Assembly: GCA_964575955.1 (NCBI GenBank)
Contig: CAZNTG010000005.1
Span: 1 to 19,328, forward strand
DNA from: an uncultured Thermoproteaceae archaeon
GTDB lineage: Archaea > Thermoproteota > Thermoprotei > Thermoproteales > Thermocladiaceae
Length of the DNA: 19,328 nucleotides
Direction: 5' to 3'
In this document: positions 15,785 to 19,328 of the stretch, one piece after another
How the letters are laid out: each line of letters starts with the position of its first letter
Numbering within the stretch: the stretch's first letter is position 1
Made by a program: the position numbers and the translations under genes
The notes under the pieces: generated by a model
The model's input: the letters and a program-made list of their open reading frames with translations, nothing else
What the model was told of the DNA's origin: nothing
Databases searched by the model: none

Positions 15785-17515
15785 TTAAGATTTTTGAGTC
15801 TTTTCCTCGGAGGACTCTTGTCCCGATGAAGTAGTTGATTCAGCTTCACTTCTCTTCTTCTTAACATATTCACGTAGTGCAAATGCTGCACCAACACCTG
15901 CAGCTGCTGGTATTAGAACATTTGCAAGTGCTTCTAGAGTACCTTGAGCAACTCTTGGAGCTGCTGCAGCTTCGAAGAATGGTTCATAAGCATCGCTAAA
16001 TCCTGGCATTACACATGCAATACATGGAGCACCTGTCTTAGTACATGCACCGGGTGCTTCTTCACCAAACTCAAACTCTCCAGTAACTGGATCGTAGTCT
16101 ATTATCCATCCAAGAGCATTCCATGGACATGTACTTACAGGACCTTTACAACCAACACTGTATAGACAATATCCTGATCCATCTGCTGGATATGCCTTTA
16201 ATCTACTAGCCATATACTCCTTATATCTTGGACATCCAGCACATAGTGATGCTTTAACACCAGTACCTGTGATATACTTACCCTCGATCGTTAATGGTGC
16301 ATGTAGCTTATATCCAAACAGTGGTACTCTAATAATCTCTTCACCCTTAACTTTAATAGCTACATACTTAGGTCTCCAATATTCATCAAGCTCTGTAACT
16401 GCATCAACAATCTCTCTAAGCTCAGGAATTACAATTCTCAAATACTTTATTAGTAAGTATGCAAGTGTTAGAGATATTGCATTACCATTTGCTGGACATC
16501 CAGGAACTGCAACTGCAATCTTACTACTAGCCTTCCAAGATATTGATGGTGGAACTTTCTTAAATATGAAGTTGTAGTATGGAACTAGAGCATCTTTAAA
16601 TACCTTAACCTCCTCCTCACTCCACTCCCAAACTTCCTGAAGTATACCCTTCTCAGCATATTCTAGATATTTCTTAACAAATCCTGGCTGTCCTTTTAAT
16701 GGATCTGGAAATATGCCCATAGCTCCTGATGGTGAGTGAGATGCTGCATAGCTTAGAACAAATTTGTATGTGTCAGGTGCATAGTTTGATGGTAATCCAC
16801 CATAACATGCACATGTACCAACACCGACAACTGCTACAGCACCTTTACAGAACTTGTAGAACCACTCAGTTATTGTACATGGTACTCTCTTACCATTAAC
16901 AACTTTCTCACCTAAAATAGCATTCCAACCATTATGATACTTCTTGTAAAATACTTCGTCTGTAAGTGCACCTTCAAGAACTAGTGCATATACTGGAGGT
17001 TTACCCTCCATAATTCTCTTAACTAGATCTTCAAAGAACTCTACATATACAGCTGGGTAGTGAGGTTTGATATACTTACCTAAGATCTCTATAGCTTCAC
17101 CCCACTCAGGTCTAACAGTGTCATGTGCTACTAATCCAACACCAAGACCTAGAAGTACATACACTAAGTCAGAATTTAGTGGTGGAACCCACCATCCAAG
17201 ACCTTTCTTTGCAAGTTCTTTAATGTTTAAAGTTAATCCACATGCAAGCTTAAGTTCTGAACCTAGATTAAACTTCTCGAGGAGGAATTTTGAAACTATT
17301 GAACTTGACACAATTGTAGCATCTAGAAGTGCTATAGTGTCACCAGCACAGTCAGCACATTCAATCCAATAAATTTCAAGAGGATCAACACTACCCTCAT
17401 ACTTCTCAAGTGCCTTAACTATGGGAGTAATCTTATCTCTCAACAACATCACAATACCTCCAGCAAGAGCTGCCATTAGACAAGCCTTCAGGAACTCTCT
17501 CCTAGTTAGCTCCAC
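15785..17515 (-). CDS. hynS: Membrane-bound [NiFe]-hydrogenase small subunit with Tat signal and C-terminal anchor (576 aa)
   Basis: Tat motif TRREFLK directly after GTG 17515 (the ORF-track start 17686 overlaps the opposite-strand protease). Motifs YWIECADCAGD, LEGA, GTCACYGG, PGCP, CPR, CLYSVGCKGP, GAPCIAC..PGF; C-terminal hydrophobic helix. Confidence 0.92.
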   Translation of the reverse strand: MELTRREFLKACLMAALAGGIVMLLRDKITPIVKALEKYEGSVDPLEIYWIECADCAGDTIALLDATIVSSSIVSKFLLEKFNLGSELKLACGLTLNIKELAKKGLGWWVPPLNSDLVYVLLGLGVGLVAHDTVRPEWGEAIEILGKYIKPHYPAVYVEFFEDLVKRIMEGKPPVYALVLEGALTDEVFYKKYHNGWNAILGEKVVNGKRVPCTITEWFYKFCKGAVAVVGVGTCACYGGLPSNYAPDTYKFVLSYAASHSPSGAMGIFPDPLKGQPGFVKKYLEYAEKGILQEVWEWSEEEVKVFKDALVPYYNFIFKKVPPSISWKASSKIAVAVPGCPANGNAISLTLAYLLIKYLRIVIPELREIVDAVTELDEYWRPKYVAIKVKGEEIIRVPLFGYKLHAPLTIEGKYITGTGVKASLCAGCPRYKEYMASRLKAYPADGSGYCLYSVGCKGPVSTCPWNALGWIIDYDPVTGEFEFGEEAPGACTKTGAPCIACVMPGFSDAYEPFFEAAAAPRVAQGTLEALANVLIPAAAGVGAAFALREYVKKKRSEAESTTSSGQESSEEKTQKS

Positions 17516-17576
17516 GCCTAATATAACTAGTGTACAGATATAAAGTATTAACCTACCATAACATTTCAGAAAAATA
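17516..17576. promoter_or_regulatory. Compact divergent promoter between hynS and the maturation protease gene
   Basis: 61-bp intergenic region with GATATAAAGTATTAA, readable as TATA on both strands and about 25-35 nt from each start codon. Confidence 0.45.
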
Positions 17577-18125
17577 ATGAAAATAGCAATTATAGGTCTC
17601 GGAAATACATTATTCACAGATGAGGGTATTGGAACAAGATTTGTACACTGTATCTCTAACATAGTTAGAGACGAATATAGAGACATGGTACATGTATATC
17701 CATTAGAGACAAAAATTTTAGATATAATAACAATAGTACAACAGGAAAACTATGACAAAATCATAATTATAGATTCAGGAAATATAGAGAATAGATATGA
17801 AATATATAGAATATCTGATTTAGATAATGAAAATATTGAAGAGTTAAAAAGTATGACTTTAAATAAATATTCTCACTCATTCTCAATAATTGATATTGCA
17901 CTATACTTAAAGATGTTTTCTAAGAATTGTGATATATACTTAATATTATTTAAACCTGAAAATCTTAAAATGCTTGATAAGATAACTGAGAAGTGTGTTA
18001 GTAGTGTTATTGAGGCATTTAGAAAGATATTACAGATATTGAATATAGAGTACTATTTCGAAGATAGGTGGGATTGTGTTTATAGATGTGTTATTTCTTC
18101 TCAAGATCTTCAAGAATTTCATTAA
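17577..18125 (+). CDS. Hydrogenase maturation endopeptidase (HybD/HyaD/HycI family)
   Basis: IIGLGNTLFTDEGIG, IIIIDS, SH motif; located between the hydrogenase subunit genes. Confidence 0.93.
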   Translation: MKIAIIGLGNTLFTDEGIGTRFVHCISNIVRDEYRDMVHVYPLETKILDIITIVQQENYDKIIIIDSGNIENRYEIYRISDLDNENIEELKSMTLNKYSHSFSIIDIALYLKMFSKNCDIYLILFKPENLKMLDKITEKCVSSVIEAFRKILQILNIEYYFEDRWDCVYRCVISSQDLQEFH

Positions 18126-18282
18126 TAAGTCTTCTAACTGTGTATTTTCTTTCAAGATTTTTTATAGGTTCTATTAATGCATTTATAATCTCTGTCTCAA
18201 TATCTTCAACAGCTTTTCTAATCTCTAGATATGTCTTAACTATAGTTTTTACAAATTTTACAAATTCTTCCTCATTACTCAT
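18091..18282 (-). CDS. Small helical hypothetical protein (63 aa) coupled to hynL
   Basis: ATG 18282 overlaps the hynL stop (ATGA); amphipathic E/K/I-rich sequence MSNEEEFVKFVKTIVKTYLEIRKAVEDIETEII... Confidence 0.6.
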   Translation of the reverse strand: MSNEEEFVKFVKTIVKTYLEIRKAVEDIETEIINALIEPIKNLERKYTVRRLINEILEDLEKK

Positions 18283-19328
18283 GGAGACCACGCTATTGGT
18301 GATATGTACTTTCTTATTTTCCTACCTGCAAGTTCTAGATGTACTGCACATCCTATACATGGGTCAAAGCTTCTTAATGCACGTACATAGTCAACACCAG
18401 TCCACTCATCTGGTGGTAACTCCTCTGTCACATATGTATTATATGCAGCTGCCTCATATGGACCTATTAAGCATTGGATTGACTCTATATATGCACCTTT
18501 TATGTTTGTTGGTGCTTTAACATTAGCCTTTATTACATCCCAGACAAACTTCATCTGTGTTTTAGGTGTTGCGTTTCCTGATGTTGGTGCGTGATATTGA
18601 TAGTTTGCTATCTTACCATCCTTAACAACAATCCAATGACGAACAGCACCACGAGGAGCCTCCAACCAACCAACACCAACAGCAAACATTGGATATGAAG
18701 GATATTTCCAAGGTCTTCCAGGTCTATTTATCCATTTCCTACCAACACCTTTATACAATCCTTCTCTATATACTTCAAGTAGCTTTTCAAGAGTCCACCA
18801 TGCTGCAACAACAGCCATTACTAGCGATACAGCTCTACCATATAGTCTGAATAGTGTTGTTGAAATCTCATTCCACCACCATACTGGTAATTCTTGATCT
18901 AGTAGTCCAGGTATGTTTAGTAGTGGAGGTGTCTTTGGCTTGCTAATGTCTATTGAGTCTGTTGGAAGTCCAGCTTCACTTAAGAGTTTCTTAGCTTCAC
19001 TTGCTAAATCAATTGCAAGTTTTACAAGGTCTTTATATGGTGGTAGTATTATTGTATATCCATGTCGTGCACTTACCTCTGGCTTAAATGGGAATGATCC
19101 TGTTAGTGTTGGCTTTATCTTAATAACACTTGAAACCATTGGTGCTTCTTCAAAAGTTTTAGCAATCTCCTCTCTTCTTAAGGCATTAACCCACAACTTC
19201 GCTATTGGACCTGCCTCAAATGGTACTAATGTTCTATCTGGAAGTACCATTCTAGGTTCTGCACACCAGCTATATGGCTCTCCTTCCCAAACCTCTGGAA
19301 TCTTAGGTAGTGGTCCTGGATTTGGAAT
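18279..19328 (-). CDS. hynL: [NiFe]-hydrogenase large subunit, C-terminal part (5' end outside the window)
   Basis: The frame is open to the window edge (IPNPGPLPKIPEVWEGEPYSWCAEPRMVLP...). Motifs YSW..PR, EAGPIA, EAPRGAVRHW, NYQ...PT..N, L2 motif RSFDPCIGCAVH, followed by a 19-aa cleavable tail. Confidence 0.95.
   Translation of the reverse strand: MPNPGPLPKIPEVWEGEPYSWCAEPRMVLPDRTLVPFEAGPIAKLWVNALRREEIAKTFEEAPMVSSVIKIKPTLTGSFPFKPEVSARHGYTIILPPYKDLVKLAIDLASEAKKLLSEAGLPTDSIDISKPKTPPLLNIPGLLDQELPVWWWNEISTTLFRLYGRAVSLVMAVVAAWWTLEKLLEVYREGLYKGVGRKWINRPGRPWKYPSYPMFAVGVGWLEAPRGAVRHWIVVKDGKIANYQYHAPTSGNATPKTQMKFVWDVIKANVKAPTNIKGAYIESIQCLIGPYEAAAYNTYVTEELPPDEWTGVDYVRALRSFDPCIGCAVHLELAGRKIRKYISPIAWSP

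Noticed and set aside
17516-17686. 57-aa N-terminal extension of hynS in the ORF track (633 aa)
   Set aside because: It overlaps the opposite-strand protease gene and promoter; the Tat motif directly follows GTG 17515.
2291-18520. Other short ORFs antisense to or nested in trpE, trpD, rps3, rpl29, the UbiA gene, ferredoxin, nfo, Roadblock, hemL, EamA and hydrogenase genes
   Set aside because: They overlap well-supported genes and show no recognisable motifs.
19251-19328. hynL start at ATG 19250
   Set aside because: The frame stays open to the window edge with the conserved YSW..PR motif, and the L1 motif is absent, so the gene begins outside the window.

Overview
AT-rich, gene-dense archaeal chromosome segment, most consistent with Thermoproteota/Thermoproteales-like organisms. 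That placement is inferred from the fragmented S10 operon, divergent Rpp29, DGGGP synthase, Isp-type crenarchaeal-like hydrogenase and apparent leaderless starts. In order it holds: a truncated Zn-finger gene, a candidate box C/D sRNA, truA, a hypothetical gene, trpD-trpF-trpE (minus strand), tRNA-Leu(TAG), a secreted protein with two pure polyproline tracts, rps3-rpl29-rnp1, a UbiA-family DGGGP synthase, a ferredoxin, tRNA-Leu(TAA), endonuclease IV, a Roadblock + V4R-like pair, hemL, an EamA transporter, and a rearranged Isp-type [NiFe]-hydrogenase locus (hynS-isp1-isp2, maturation protease, small ORF, partial hynL). No CRISPR array, integrase or transposase is visible. The most notable observations are: (1) ribosomal protein uL29 fused to a C-terminal winged-helix domain; (2) an uncalled 31-codon Phe-rich, Trp-containing upstream ORF coupled by ATGA to trpD, a possible leader/attenuator; (3) two near-identical tRNA-Leu genes, sharing 3' flanks, that form inverted repeats around a 4.2 kb block; (4) the polyproline surface protein; (5) an enlarged hydrogenase small subunit with altered Fe-S ligands; (6) a C/D guide that appears to target the 23S peptidyl-transferase region. 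All functional calls come from motif recognition only; no database searches were run.
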